Of a DNA stretch of 64,000 nucleotides, positions 1 to 15,684 are shown in pieces. The notes under the pieces are model-generated. The model searched no databases. It had not been told where the DNA came from and was given only the letters and a program-made list of their open reading frames with translations. The position numbers and the translations under genes were made by a program. How positions within the stretch are numbered: the stretch's first letter is position 1; the number at the start of each line of letters is the position of its first letter. Origin of the DNA: the human T2T-CHM13v2.0 reference genome, Homo sapiens; the NCBI RefSeq assembly GCF_009914755.1, contig NC_060931.1, one strand, 5' to 3'.

Positions 1-1339
1 GAATATCTAGTTTGAGATTTCAAACTTACTAGAAGTTTGAATTAGAATTTGGAGGTAGGTGGTAGGATTTAGGTTTTTACAACATGTCAGAATAAGTGGT
101 GGAATGCATGAAATGAAATGAGACTAGGAGAAAGCTAAGGATGGGCACCAGAGAAAAAATGACTCACACAGGGACCTGAAGGCAGTGACTCAAAAGGCAA
201 GGCAAAGCAAAACCTGGAAGCCTCCTAAAGGCGGAGAAAAGAGCCAAGTGTTACAAAAAGGCTTTGTCCCTAGATCCCAAACAAGTCATCCTAGAATTGA
301 AATTTCTGTAAGTGCTAGATGCATTTTTATCATAGCATGCCTTCTCCACGCAGAGGAGAAATTGCCTCTTATGTTCTGAAGTATCTGGTGCATGGCAAGA
401 AGGTTCCTTCCATTTTTCCTTGGTGTAGCCTGCCTGCCTGTGTTGACACTGGCTGTAGTCAGTCTTTAGGCCCTGTTGTGATCCTTCCTGTTCCACTGGT
501 TTCTATTCACCCACTGATGAGCCTTGGCCAGCTACACTTTTGCTTTGACTGTTCCAAACTTTGTCCAGACCCTATTCACTCTTGTTTATTATGGAATGCC
601 AACAGACATGAGTCTATCACTTACATATTTCTATTGAATTGCTTCTGTGGCTCACTTTTTAGGTGCCAGATTACTTATTTTGTCCTAGATTTCTATTTTC
701 ACATTTGCCACAAGTGATTTTTTGATCAAGCAGTTTCGGGAAATATTGGCCCAAATAAGTGATTCTTAAACTATGTTGTTCTTAAAAACTACCTGAGGGC
801 TATTATTAATATATCCGAACTCAAAGGAGTCTAATTAAGCGGATAGTCCTTGAGAAATAGGCTATAAACCCTGCTCTTTACCTTGCCATCAAAAGACTTT
901 TAAGCTTTAGTCTCAGCTTTCACTAGTCTCATCCCCTGGCATACTTCCCTTAATCACCCACTCACAATCAGTGAGGTCAATGAATCACCTACAGTAGAAT
1001 TATGTGAGATAGATTCCTGAACTTCACCCAAGGGCTACATCTGAAACTCAGGAATTTCTATTTTAAAATAAAACCCCAAGTAATTTGAATGTTAAAGAGC
1101 CCAGCCCAGAACTCCAGTTCAAAACATGGAGTGGTGGTGGCATTCACACAGGTTAAAGATGAATTAAAATCATCTTGTAAGTTTGATCGGAACGAGTGTA
1201 CCTCCAGATTTCTGTTGTCTTTGGAGTTGGGGATTAGGGTACATAGTTTAAGAAAGTTTTCCAGAAGAATCTAAAAATCCTAGATTTTCTCTGTTTCTCT
1301 CTCTTTCTTCTTTCTGCCTGCCCGGCCCCATTATCCAAC

Positions 1340-1595
1340 TGAAATTGTCCATCAAATTTATATCTTCAGGTCATATATCAACTCATCTATAAAAATGTCT
1401 ACATATTCACATTCGAGCAAGATTAACTGCTCTCATAACTGTACTCAAATACTTATTAGATATTTATAATACAAAATTTCCTACACTGAATTATAATCGA
1501 TGGCCTCTGTGTCTTTCTTGTCTACTTAACTGAATTCAAGAGAAGGTGCTGTCTTCTTTATCTTTGTTACGTCCAGAGCATGCTCGATAAATTAT
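1340..1595 (+). mobile_element. L2 3' fragment (degraded)
   Basis: Resembles an L2 3' end (…gtcttctttatctttgtt…cagagcatgctcgataaat). Confidence 0.4.
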
Positions 1596-1889
1596 ATTAA
1601 AGTAATTAAGAATTGCATGTTTTATAAACACAATAAAACAATTCCCTCAGTAAAAGTAATAGAGAAGTAAGGCAAGTTCCAGTTTTGCAATGTTGACACC
1701 CTTGTCTTCAGCAAACTCTGTGTGGCTAGACGCAAAGCAGTTCTATCCATGTGTTCTTAAATTTCTCACTATGAATATCGGTGTAGTCATCATCATCTCC
1801 TTTAAAGGTGTCATCTCCACTATGGGAAACTTTATGATGGATTCCAATTTTATTTTCCTTTAAACTCAAAGGGCGTTATTAAAGGATAA

Positions 1890-2200
1890 TGGCAGATTGT
1901 TTTCACATATTAAACGCCCATTCCTGCAAAAAGATTGTATATCCCCACTCACTTCAACTCAAACATAGCTATGTGACATGCTATGGCCAATCACTATGAA
2001 TGAAAGTGCTGAGCGTTAAGTTCAGAGCAGAAGCTCCAACAGCCAGCAGACGATTACCAAGTCGCTTATTTTTTCCCCTATGCAGCAAATATTATCAATG
2101 TTCTGGGTTGATACTGTACCATCAGAAGGAAAACTAAAACAGGACTGCAGTTGAGTCAAGTGGATATGTAAAGAAAGAACAAAATACACCATGCTTTTGC
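1890..2200. mobile_element. Old MLT1 (ERVL-MaLR) LTR relic
   Basis: Motif atgtgacatgctatggccaatcactatgaatgaaagtg is typical of MLT1H/J-type LTRs. Confidence 0.45.
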
Positions 2201-2359
2201 AAACCCCTTAGCACGGTTTGGTATGTCCTGCCTGAGGCAATGCTCTTGTGACATTGAACTCTAACTCTTGAATAATCATAAGCATCTTAGAATTTCCCAA
2301 GCAGATATGACAATTAGCCTGAACATGGAAACCTCAGCTACTGGGTTTGCTATGGTGTA

Positions 2360-2590
2360 TTCAACAGTGTTTTGAGCTTTTTTGTGGGGAGAGAGTGAAC
2401 ACGGGGACGTTTAGAACTCTTTGGTGTGTGTGTATGTGTGTAGGGGCTTGGCTGTTATAGTTACGGGGGACCTACCGTCATGTAGTACCTAGGGGCTACA
2501 GATGCTATATATCCTGCAATCCAAAAGAGAGCCCTGCTTAAGAATTGTCAAGCCTAAATAACCCATTGCTTTGGTGGAGAGACACTGGAC
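2360..2590 (+). mobile_element. MER20-like hAT DNA transposon relic
   Basis: gatgcta..tatcctgcaat..agagagccc..aagaattgtcaagcctaaat resembles MER20. Confidence 0.45.
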
Positions 2591-3884
2591 CACGCAAACC
2601 AGTGGCAAATGTGCAGATTCATTAGTTATTTTCATAGTGGATTTATCAAAAGCATGTACTAGAATTTAACCTTCATTTAAATAGATTACTGAATCTACTA
2701 GTTTGTCAAGAATATTCACATGTATTCTTCCAAACCCTTGTTCAGAAAGTCATTGCATTTCTAATTTTATGGTACATTCTTAAGCCAATTCGTTAATCTA
2801 AGGCTGATGAAGACTTTTTTCCTGACATAACCTGTTCCCCCCACCAAGATTTTTAATTGTTACTAATGTAGGTATAAATTTATTTATTCCCAGTTTTACC
2901 AGTTGTATGTTTTCCTGCCCTTTAGAAAATATTATCTTTTGCTACTATCCTTAACAGATGTTATATATCTGCAGACTGACTTTATAGCTCCTTTCCCCTT
3001 TGTTTAACAATACCATACATATTTTGATTTTTCATCATAGGCTGATCCTGCCGCTTCATCATCATTCCGGTTGCTATGCTCTGATTTTCCTCTGTACCTT
3101 TTTGTTATTCTAGAAAGAAATGATTCTAAAGAGAATAAATTCTGCCTGCCAGAAGAAAATTTAATATTATATTCAGAAACTGATGAATCTTGTTCGTCCT
3201 CTTCTAATAGATCAAACATTGTGTTATATCTCTTGGGTGATACCTGACACTGTAAACTCATATGCAAGTTGCTGTTTCCTGTCAGCTCGTTGCATCCTTA
3301 GCATTGCTGCTGCGTGTTTCTCTCCTTTTCAAGTTACTCTTGTGCATTGCATTTAATATATGTAGTTCTTACTTGTGCCGGGGCATTGGTGTAATTTTAC
3401 TGGCCTCACTGCTTCTAGTAGCACCTTGTATCAACTGTGAATTTGGTTAGAATATTTCTACTGCCTTCTCCTTATTTAATTATCATATTTAACTTTCACC
3501 TTGAGGGCAGTATCTTACATAAAGCATCCACAGACTCTGGTGGAATCCAAGTATCCTCATCACTAAAAAGTCAAGAAACCAAGAGTGCCTCTGACATCTT
3601 TTCCATGGATCCTTAGTATTAGACCAGGAAGATTGGATGACTGAAAAAATTGGCTTGTCCTAAGACACAAGAAAAGCCAAATAAAGGCATCCACGACCGA
3701 ATTTTAGGGCATGAAGTGAATAAATGAGTTAGTAATATAAGTAACTTTCAACAGCAGCAAAAATCTTTGAGGCAAAATCTATTTTCTTCTTTCTCTAAAT
3801 CTGGATTGATTGTATATATTGTCTGTAGTCATGGGGTGCATTCTAAGTCCTTTATTCCGTTTCTTCTTATCAAGCCCAAGAAAG

Positions 3885-4225
3885 CAGTGTGAATGTTAAT
3901 AGGTACTGAATAAACCCTGTGATCACTATAGTACCTTATAATGATGTGTTCCCAAGCTGCCATATCACGGTTGATTATCACTTCTTTTTCTTTGCAATCC
4001 TTCATTTAATTTCCCTTCCTTACCTTGCTGTTAACATTCCTGACTATTTGAATTCGTTTTAGAGTGCATGAGATGCTGTATCAAATGTTTTTGCTAAAAT
4101 CCAAATGTATTACATCTCTCACATTGCATTCATCCACTAATCTTGTAATTCAATAAAAAAAAAAGCAATCAGATTTGTTTGGCATGATTTGTTCCGTGTA
4201 AATCCATGCTGCTTATTGCTCAATG
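3885..4225 (-). mobile_element. CR1/L3-clade LINE reverse transcriptase relic
   Basis: Minus-strand translation with frameshifts gives SNKQHGFTRNKSCQTNLIAFF / ITRLVDECNVRDVIHLDFSK / TFDTASH and later VIIN..AAW. This matches the CR1 RT motifs QHGF..SCxTNL..F and DVxYLDFSKAFDTVSH. Confidence 0.85.
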
Positions 4226-4752
4226 GTGCTTAAATGATAAGTAGTGCTCAACGCAAATTTCCTCATCTAACTTCTCATTTTAGCTCAGAAAAGTCTATAC
4301 TGGTTTTGTTCATAGATTTCTTCCTGGCACATAGCTAGTTTCTAGGTCCTAAAAACCAGAGAACAGAAAGACTCCACTAGCTTTATTACAGTACCTTTTT
4401 TTTTTTTTGCTTTTGTATTATTCCTTTCCCAATTCATTATTCCTACATTTTCTTATTAGATTTTCATTAAATTTACAATGTCAGTAATTTCTTTATTCTT
4501 ATTTTCATACAATATATGTTTAAGAAAAGTGTTAGTGAAGGTACAAGAAGACTATGAGAATACAATTTATTTCAAGCATCTCCATTGAGAATAACGGACG
4601 ATGCCTTGGTTATATTTAAACAATTTCTTTCTCCATATTAGTCATGTAATATAAGAAAGATAGATTAGCAATTCATCTCTTAATCTCAAATATACTGGTG
4701 GTAATCATTTCATTTTTATGGATCACTTTCATTTGGCCATAATTTAAGAACT

Positions 4753-5151
4753 TGTTATGGGTTGTATTGTGTCTCTCAAAGAAGACATGTTGGAATCCTA
4801 ACCCCAGTACCTCAGAATGTGACCTTATTTAGAGCTAGGGGTCTTTATAGGCACAAGTTGAAATGAGGTGATTTGGGTAGGTCTGAATTCCAGTATGATT
4901 GGTGTCCTTCAAAAAGGGGAAATTTAGTCAGAAACAGAAATACGTACAGGGAAGATGAGAGAGACAGAGAGAGGATGCCATCTACAAGTCAAATAAAGAG
5001 GCCTGAAACAGATCCAGCCCTCAGAAGGTACCGTCCCTGCTCACACCTTGATTTTGGAATTCTAGCCTCTAGAATTACAAGGTAATACTTTTCTGTTGTT
5101 TAAACCACCGTCTGTGCTACTTTGCTACAGCAGCCCTGGCCATCCAATGTA
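4753..5151 (+). mobile_element. MLT1B/C-like solo LTR (ERVL-MaLR)
   Basis: Starts tgttatgggttg; contains cctaaccccagtacctcagaatgtgaccttattt; ends ttctgttgtttaaaccacc..tttgctacagcagccct. Confidence 0.85.
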
Positions 5152-7506
5152 GTACCTATCGTACATGTACATTATTTTGTTATCATCGTTATTCTGTTTA
5201 GATTACACTCTTCCGCAATGTGACAAATATTTCTGGTTCTTACTAATTACTGCTTTTATGCGCACGTACCACCACAGCAAGCTTTAAGATACTTTAGGAA
5301 TCAAAATATTCTTGAAAAAATGGAAGAAAAAGAGGATATTATATATCCAGCAGTTTTCCACATCTAAAGATGGATTATATTATTTTTAGTGACTTTGAGA
5401 AAGACTTGACACACGGGAGTTAATTCTATTTCTTTTTAAGTTTTCAATTACCTCTCATCCATTGGGCAAGGGCTTAATGAGATGGTAAGATAAGACCCCA
5501 TGTCTTTTTATAGGCACAGGGTAGGGATACAAATCAAGGGAAAATTTTTGGTTTCTCTCGTTTGGGTTCTGAATCTTGTGAGAAGTAATACAAGAATGGA
5601 AAGATAGTTGGTGATCATTGATTTCAGCAACAGTGACCTAAATAGACCTATGATTGTCTCCTGCTGGAAGAATCAATAGGAATAACCAATAAATAAGAGT
5701 TTTTAAAGCCAAGTTCTCCATTATTCCATCAGTTTTGCCATCTATTCACATCCTTCTGCTATGCTCTTTGTCTACTTAAAGCAGGCATAGCCATGCTACA
5801 TTCATTTTCATGAAGATATATCTAAAATTTATAAACCTTAAAATCTACCCAGTTCAGCCTCACACAAACTCAGACACATATGTCCTTAATTGCTATAAAT
5901 TTCCATAATTGGTTGACTGATAAAATAGAAGATGAAAGCTATTATGGGTCACCATAGATAAATAAGGGGAAAAAAGGTTAATTTTACCAGATACAGAAAA
6001 GTTTTCCTGTTTGGGATATTTGTTCTGGAAGGATGTTGTGATAATTCAATGATAAAATTTCTCCTGCAAGGCAACCCATGAAGTGCATTTCAACCAGGTT
6101 GTCCGATCTAGGGTGCAGGTAAAGTGTCAATTTATTTTCTAAACTTTGAGAGTAAAAGTGAGTGCTGTTAGCAATACGCTGAGAAAATAGATGTAAACAG
6201 GAACTGTCCTGAGACAAACTGTTGTACATAGGCAGTACCAAGTTAGGAGCTTCCTTTTACAAAATAGTCACTGCAATGGACAGGCAGATCAAGGATTGGA
6301 ATCCCTCAGTGTTGGAAAGATCCTGTGACTCACTTCTAGTGTTCTTTCTGAGCATCCATGGTGGTGGGGTCGGGGCAGGGGGCCAGTTGTTAGGTGTGTT
6401 CCACAGCATCCACAAAATGGGGCCTCTTGGCTTTGAAAACCTCCTAACCAGTTGGTAATTGTTGCTTGGAACCAGCAAACACTCACTAATACAATGACCC
6501 TTTTAGAACACAGTGAGGATTCCTAGTATGTACGTGTGCACAGCAAGTGGGCAGTTGATAAATGCTTTTAATCAAGATGGTCATGATCAAGGCAGTCCAC
6601 AAGTTAATGAGTCAGTGATCTGCCCTGCCTTGATTTTAACTTAAATTTTCAACATCCTACTGCATTTTATGCCATGTAGACCTACTTTAGTGATTAATTA
6701 CTTTATTTGATAGCAACAGATATGATTGAACTTAAACACTCATGAATTTGAATAAAAGTATCCAGGCTTTTCACTGCCATCAGCAATCTTAAAGCTAGTT
6801 ATTTACTGTACTCTTTTTATATAGGGTCTAAACCACATTGTTGAGCACTAAATGAGATATGACATCATATATCATCCAAGTGTGTGTTAGATCAATGTGG
6901 GTTAGTCTTAGTTTGAGGACAGGGATCACTTTTTATAACTCTATTATATCTTCCATAGAATCTACCTATGAATTTGGATCCAGAAAACACACAGTCCACT
7001 GATGCTATAGTGGTCTTTAAAACTGATTAGGAAGATATTCATATTTGGGTATTCTGAAGGATTGAGTAAATGGATTTCCTAACATAGAACAAAGTGAAAT
7101 GAATAATCCAGAGTGTGTTCTAATATGAGTGAATTAATATCCACTCAATGAATGAATCAGTGTACAGTTTTTCTCCTTTAGGATGTAAATTATCCAAATA
7201 TTTATTTTCATATTTCTCCTTGTTTTGGTTTTAGAAATACTGCCTCAAGCTTTCTACAGAATCACAGATTCTCGTGAAAATAAGTGAACAGTTAATGCAG
7301 GGGAAGAAGTCTTTTTTCACTTGATTCTGTTTCATAATTTTCTTGATACTGGTTTTCAGAGGTAAGCATGTGACATAATTTGAGTGGCAATTTTATGAGT
7401 TATATTTGTAGTATTTTCTATTTATGCCTGCAAAACAAGCTCTTCATAAAGCCAAGTCAGAAACAATGAACACACTTGGAATGCATCTCATTAAGGGTTG
7501 GTACCA

Positions 7507-7580
7507 CAGGTGTCCCATGGTATATGCTAGAGATTGGTTCCAGGACCTCCATATGTACTCAAATCTGGGCATTCAAGTCT
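7507..7580 (+). mobile_element. MER2 (Tigger) 5' fragment
   Basis: cag..gtccc..ggtat..gattggttccaggacc..caaatc..tcaagtc. Confidence 0.55.
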
Positions 7581-8070
7581 GAAAAGTCACAGAAAAATAT
7601 TCAGCTTCTGTTTTAATTTAGGAAGTTCTTAATGTTTAAACCAATAATATGGTAAGAGGATAGTGGAGAGAGGGCCAATTTATCTCATTAGCCTAATTTT
7701 ACTTTAATTAAATACTGTTGTTAGATCTAGCGTGTTTGTTTAGGAATTTTTTTTCCTAAAAAAATGTTATGTGAAATTATTACGGTCCTAAAAAGTTTAA
7801 TAATAATCTATGCAATATGTTTGTGTCTTTATGTTAATCAAATTTATTAATTCAAACTAAAGAAACACGAGTTCAAAAGATCAGTTTGTTGTTTGATGTG
7901 GTTTAAGGGGCTGTTTGTAAATATAAATATAAAATGCTGAGTGATTTCAAAATATTCAATAAGCTAGTTAAACTTTTTTTCTTGCAACGGCTATTGGAAC
8001 TATGTAAAATAGTGTTTTACACAACACTATTTATATACAGTGTTCATTTTTTTCCTTAGTAAAGCTATCA

Positions 8071-8382
8071 GGCCAGGCGCGGTGTCTGACACCTGTAATC
8101 CCAGCACTTTGGGAGGCCGAGGTGGGTGGATCATGAGGTCAGGAGTTCAAGACCAGCCTGACCAAGATGGAGAAACCTGTCTCTTCTAAAAATACAAAAA
8201 TTAGCAGGGCATGGTGGGGGGGGCGCCTGTAATCCCAGCTACTCGGGAGGCTGAGGCAGAGAATTGCTTGAATCCAGGAGGCAGACGTTGCAGTTAGCCA
8301 AGATCTCACCATGGCACTACAGCCTGGGTGACACAGCAAGACTCCGTCTCAAAAAAAAAAAAAAGTAATAATAATAATAAAT
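8071..8382 (+). mobile_element. AluS (Sg-like)
   Basis: Full dimer, A/TAA tail, TSD aaagctat. Confidence 0.95.
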
Positions 8383-8543
8383 AAAGCTATTAAACTACAA
8401 TATAAAATCAAGAACAACCTATTAGTAAGTAAACTACAATTAACTTAAATTATTAGAAAGCATAAATTTGCATGTTTAAATTACTAATTGTAATATATGA
8501 AAAAGCATTTCTTTGACCATTTTTAAAATTTATTTTTACTTAC

Positions 8544-9147
<604 letters not shown>

Positions 9148-9195
9148 TCCTTGACCATTTTTGATAATACTTTATGAATAAAAAAATCTAAACAC

Positions 9196-9320
9196 TTTGG
9201 AAATAGATAATGGTGATGGTTGCACAACACTGTGAATGTAATTAATGACACTGAATTGTACACTTAAAACTGGTTAAAATGATGAGTAGTATTTCATATA
9301 CATTTTACTGCAGTTTTTTT
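9196..9320 (+). mobile_element. L1M (L1MB-like) 3' end fragment
   Basis: ggtgatggttgcacaacactgtgaatgta..actgaattgtacacttaaaa..ggttaaaatg. Confidence 0.75.
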
Positions 9321-9341
9321 AAGTATAAAAATATTTGTTTA

Positions 9342-9796
<455 letters not shown>

Positions 9797-9890
9797 GTAA
9801 TGTCACATGTGTAATCTTAATTTTTTTCTTCCCACCAACATTGCCAATTAAATTCCCACATTAAACTTTCTATAAGACAAATAATTTTAA

Positions 9891-10305
<415 letters not shown>

Positions 10306-11233
10306 TTTAGTCTTACTTTCTATTTTAAAAACAATTTTTTGGCTTTTTCTGAATCATTTGACTTGAATCTTCCATGCTTTAAAAGTTTCCCGAAAATTCT
10401 ATTACTTTCAGAAGTCCTGTCTAATAATATAAATTATGGGGACAGTGTATATAACTTTCTGAAGAGTTTGATTAGTATTTCTGTTTCTTCATTAAGCTGT
10501 ACCCATCTCCAATGGAAAGAAACAAAGAGGTACTTCAATCAGTTTGATTTCTGAATGCTTAAAAACACTTAAAAAACAACTCAGTTTATTGTTGCTGTTG
10601 TTTAAATAGTGCTTGATTTCTTTTTAGATTTTTCTACAAGGAATATTCAAAAAAGAAAAAAAATTAAATAACACCGTGTTTCAGCAGAATGTGTTATTAT
10701 TATAGATATTTTTGTCATTAGAAATTAAATCAGAAAAGTAGCTAGGTCCAAGTTCCCCAAAAGGTAGGGTTCATGATTTGCCTGTGACCACGACATCTTG
10801 ACACCAAGACATACTGGTTTTGCCATTAGCTTCAGTTTCTCACCAGACAAAACCAAGCAATTTGGAGGCAGTAACATAATTCACATATCTGTGCTGTCTG
10901 GCATGTGGGAGTCACTGAAATAATTTAGTTAGTTCCCTTCCCCAAATTTCTCCATGATACATTTATTGAAGGATTTATGTGAAACAAGATATTTACAGAG
11001 ATTAGAACGTAGAACTCAAAAAGGATTTATCAGGTGTCCTGGTATCTAAATTATCTAAAAGAATAATATATGGCAAAGTAGTGCAAACACATTACTTGAG
11101 TGCTGTGGTCATAAACTATTAAAAATGACACGATGATTAGAAGACAGTCAAAAATTTAGATGACGTTTATCAGTTTTAGATGTGCTACCTTTCAGAGTGA
11201 TCACGACAGTCCAATATTTTCAGTTTCTGGGCT

Positions 11234-11239
11234 TTTATT
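11234..11239 (-). terminator. Probable distal polyadenylation signal AATAAA
   Basis: tttatt on the + strand; position consistent with the long ETV1 UTR. Confidence 0.6.
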
Positions 11240-12517
11240 TTAGATTTAAATTTTGAGCATATTTAATTTGCTATAATCATGATTTTCATAGCATGTTTTC
11301 TCAAACCGTAAGTATAATTTTAATACAACCAAGTGAATTAAAAATTTTCTTCCCCATAGAAGCATAAATATAATTTTAGAATGAAAGTAACTAATACTGG
11401 AGTCTATATGCAAAAAAGACCCTACCTTACATATGAATCCATAAACAATAGCCACGGTATATACACTTGTAACTGAAAATTCTGAAATCATTAATATTTC
11501 TATAAAGATATCCACTTAGTCTAATCAAATTCTCCTCTTAAACTATACTTTCCATAAACTGTTTTTTTTTTAAGTATGTCAAAGTGAGTCTCATGTATAT
11601 AAAAAAAGAAGTCCTAAAAGTACTAGTTGAGCTCTGAATAAACTGGGTGAAATTTTCTAGTATCATGCCCAACTATTACCATCTTTTTGAAACTTGATTT
11701 TTCCAATTCTTAGTAGAATTGCTTAATATGTACATTTGCCTTCTTTATATTTTTTCCACCATCACTTTTACCCAATTTGTATTTTTTTAATAATTCTATT
11801 TCCTCTCTTCTCCATACCAAATCGCAAATGGAAAATAGCTTACTCACTTCTTATTTTTAAATTTTAGTTTTTGTTTTCTAGGATTCCAAGTAACAAACAT
11901 CCAAATGACCTTCTCCTCTGTAATGTTTTCTCATTACAAGCTCTGAAAAGGCTGCATGATAGACAAAGTGGCTCATTTTAGAAATCCCTATCATCTGGCA
12001 AAATTCTGTAGCTTCTGGCAATATATTTCTTTCCTGGTTATATAAAGATAAGTTGACTCATTTTGCAATTGTTCTTTTGAGTAATAGACATATTTTACAC
12101 ATTGTTCTTACCTAATAAGTAATAATCACTAGCAAATGATAAGATCACATAGTAACCCATATTAACACCAAAAGAAATGTATTAAAAAATAAAATCTGGA
12201 TTAGACCACTGATTTAACTGTTATTACTATTATTATCATACCTTCTGTTTTTCTGTTTCATGACTTAGTGTTTTCCTGGGGGCTGGGGAAGGATTTGAAT
12301 AATCTAAAGGCTTGATGTGATTACCAGACATTTTAGTGGAATAGATGAAATTTAATATAGAAAGTTTTCAAAATTATTTATGCAGAATAAGGGGAAAATA
12401 TCTCAGTGGTAAATAAAAGCAAACTCTAGTACTTTCAAATCCTAGATCCCTCAGCAGAACTCCACTGTTCCTGAGTAAATCAATTAGAGTCTTTGCTACA
12501 CAGTCTTCCTCCTCCGT

Positions 12518-12975
12518 GCGGTGTTCTGAATAACAGCCCTGCCCTCACCCCTTACATCCATGTCCTAATCCCTGGGACCTATGAATAATTATCTAGCCAA
12601 AGGGACTTGGCACACGTCATTAAGTTAAGGATCTTGAGATGGAGAGATTGTCCTGGATTATCTGAGCATCCCCTAAATGTAATCACAAGCATCCTTATAA
12701 GAGGCAGGAAGGAAATTTGACTATAGTAGAAGAGTATGTGACCATGGAAGCAGAGATTGAAGTGATGTAGCCAGGAGCCAAGGAATGTCAGCAGACTCTA
12801 GAAGTGAAAGCTGGAAGAATCTCCCCTGGAGCCTCCAGAAGGAACCAGACCTAAGGACATCTTGGTTTTAGTCTCTTAAGGCTTCTTTTGAACTTCTGCC
12901 TCCAGAACTATAAGATAAATTTGTGTAAATTACTGAAGTTGTGGTAATTGGTTACAGCATCTATGGGAAACTAGA
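12518..12975 (+). mobile_element. MLT1D-like solo LTR inside the ETV1 3' UTR (antisense to the gene)
   Basis: atgtcctaatccctgggacctatgaata; ttaagttaaggatcttgagatggagagatt.tcctggattat; ends gtggtaattggttacagca. Confidence 0.85.
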
Positions 12976-15676
12976 CCTCCAAGATCCGCCCATGATTTGA
13001 GAAAAATGTTCTGCACTGTCAGTCTTGTGGATTTTTATTCTGAAGCACTTTTCATGGACATAACAAGAAAAATTATTTTTACTTAGTTATTTGAGTATAA
13101 GTGTTTGTTGCAATTAATCTATTGGGTATTAACATGTCATCATCAAGAGACAGCAAACAGCAGTGAAGATAAAAGCTGAGAGAAGACATTACATCATTAA
13201 CAAATGATTTCTATGTTTGAGTAGCCAATTCAATGAGAAATTCAAAACACAAGAATCTTGCAGAAATCGGCTGCCAGATTTATTAATCTACCTGAAAACA
13301 AAAACATAAAAACTCAACCAAAAAGTGGAATCAAAACAGAACTTAAAAAATTTTAGATACATTTTTCAAAAGAGTTTATAATGTAATATTTTCAACCCTT
13401 CTGTATTGGAAATACACTTAATGTTGGTCAATTATGTATTTAGTTCAGTGAGTCACTACGTTAAAACAGCAAAACATATAGTTTGTCCTTAAATATTATA
13501 TAACTAATACCATTTCTGCCATTGTTCTCTTGTGATAACGTTAGCATGGCCCAATTCTTCCTCACTGACTGACTAAAACTAGACTATTAAAAAGAAGAAA
13601 AAGGAGAAAAGAGAAAAAGAAAAAAAAGGAACAAAAATGAATCCTCAATACAGTTTTCATTCAGAATATATTTTAAAGACTCACTTAAATTTTCTCCTTC
13701 AATTTCACCAAATCTCAATTATATATCTCAATTCCTTTTTCCAATAAAACTTTCACTGAATATTTTAACATCTGTTTTTATTCTAAGTGCTGTAGATGGC
13801 CACATAAGCATAGTGGGGAGAAAAGGTTCTGATTTTTAAGGCATAGTTTTCTTTTTTAGGCCCAAAATGGGCCAAAATAATACATGATGTATATGAACAA
13901 CAATCATTGAAATCGCAGGTTACATACATATTTTGAAATTGGAGTACTTTTTGTAGGATTAAATGTGAAGAGTAGCAATTTTGGTGTTTGGGTTTCTTGA
14001 TAACTGCTCCACTTAGAGAAATGAGCTGTGATCTGTGTAGTTTTGGAAAATGGGTAGCTGGGGGGATCATCTTTAAACAATCTTTTTCATGCTCATCACG
14101 AAATGCTTTTACAATAGGTTTATTTTGACTTTGTGTTTAGAATTTTTTTTTTTTTTTGCTTTTTGCTATAGACTCTTTAAAAAAGTTGTTCTTCTGGATA
14201 TTATTGATAGATGGAACAAAATTCATGTCCCTTGCTTGAATCTTTTAGCGAGCTATTCAGAGATTCTATATCCCCATTTACTCATGGTTTTTTCAAGGTG
14301 AATGAAACAACATACCCTGCTTTCAATATTTTCTCCAAATGCAAAGCAAAAACAGAACAAAAAACTTTGAAACTTTAAATCTTCTTTCAAACAATCCAAT
14401 CACATTTACAGAAGTGTCCAAAAAGAGATGATGGATAATATCAGTGCCAGCACTATGTCATACAGCAACTTCCTCATATTCTTTGACGGTTTGTAAATAA
14501 TTTTCCATATCACCAAAAGTTACAAAAGGTTCCACAGTTTCCTTTAGCAAGCTGAAGCTTACTCTTCATTTGTCAATGTGCATAAAAGCTGCTTATAGCA
14601 TAGCATGGCGTAAGCTATTTTTTAAGCAATAAATGGTTTGAGTCATCTATTTTGTCCTGAAATGCTATCTGTAGTTAACTGCACTGCTTATAAATGGTCA
14701 TAGTAAATTCAGCATGAAAGTGAATATTACAGAAAAGACAGCAGCAGAAGCATTAGCATTATCTAATATTTATATATGTTATCAACATAACACAGCAGTA
14801 AAAGGTTTAAATGCATATCAATGGGTACCATGTCTAAAAATTACTATAGTACCTATTTAGTGTATTGGATATTTTTCTTAAAGAGTGTTTGCTGTAACTA
14901 GAACAGCATAATACATGATTTAGTACAGTTAATTCTTATTGATTAAATAATGTATTTATGTACTGAAGAAAGTGAAAAGGAGACAGATATTTTTTGCTTC
15001 ATTTTGATTCCAGATTTAACATTTAAATGAAGATTCCAAAGGACCATGACGTGTCATTATTTAACTGAAATGGGCTTCAAAATATTTAAAAGACGGTATG
15101 ATTTGTATCTAAACAGCAAGGTGGCACCAGATACACGTAATGCTACTGGCCTATGACTCAGTTTGGCGCCAGAGTCCAAAATTGTGCCCCTCATTTACAG
15201 TCATGGTGATTATTCAACTTCAGAGAGAATTACCCATTTTATGGTTATCCTCTGCAAGTCATATATAAAGCAAAATAAAACAACAAACAGCAAATGCAAT
15301 CGCTAAATACCTTTTTACAAGTGGTGCAAAAACAGTCATTTCTAACAATTAAACTGCCATTTACAGTAGATTGGGGTTTTTTTGTACACCTGCAGAGACT
15401 CATAAATGACAGGGGAAAATGCCCAAGGCAAATAGTCTCCAAGTGGATATTTACACAACGTGAAATTAACTGTACCATAGATACCCCGATAAAATAAACA
15501 TTATCTTATGTTGTTATGAAATCAAACAGACATGATATAGTTTCATCATACTCAAAACTTGTAGGACCCCATCCCAAGCCTAAGTAAAAAGTAATCCCCA
15601 AATCCCTCTGCCCATTCACCCATTAGCTTCCTGTTACACAGAATAAATGTTTAGATTACTCCCACCCACCCTCAAA

Positions 15677-15684
15677 TAAAGTGC
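15677..15684 (-). promoter_or_regulatory. miR-17/20/93/106 family 8mer site (GCACTTTA) in proximal 3' UTR
   Basis: taaagtgc on the + strand is an exact 8mer seed match. Confidence 0.65.

Noticed and set aside
319-717. 132-aa ORF
   Set aside because: No recognisable domain, splice context or promoter; consistent with chance.
3004-3267. Acidic 87-aa ORF, vaguely like a transposase N-terminus or L1/HAL1 ORF1
   Set aside because: Non-ATG start, no recognisable motif, and flanking frames full of stops. Possibly an old repeat; a Dfam or tBLASTn search would be needed.
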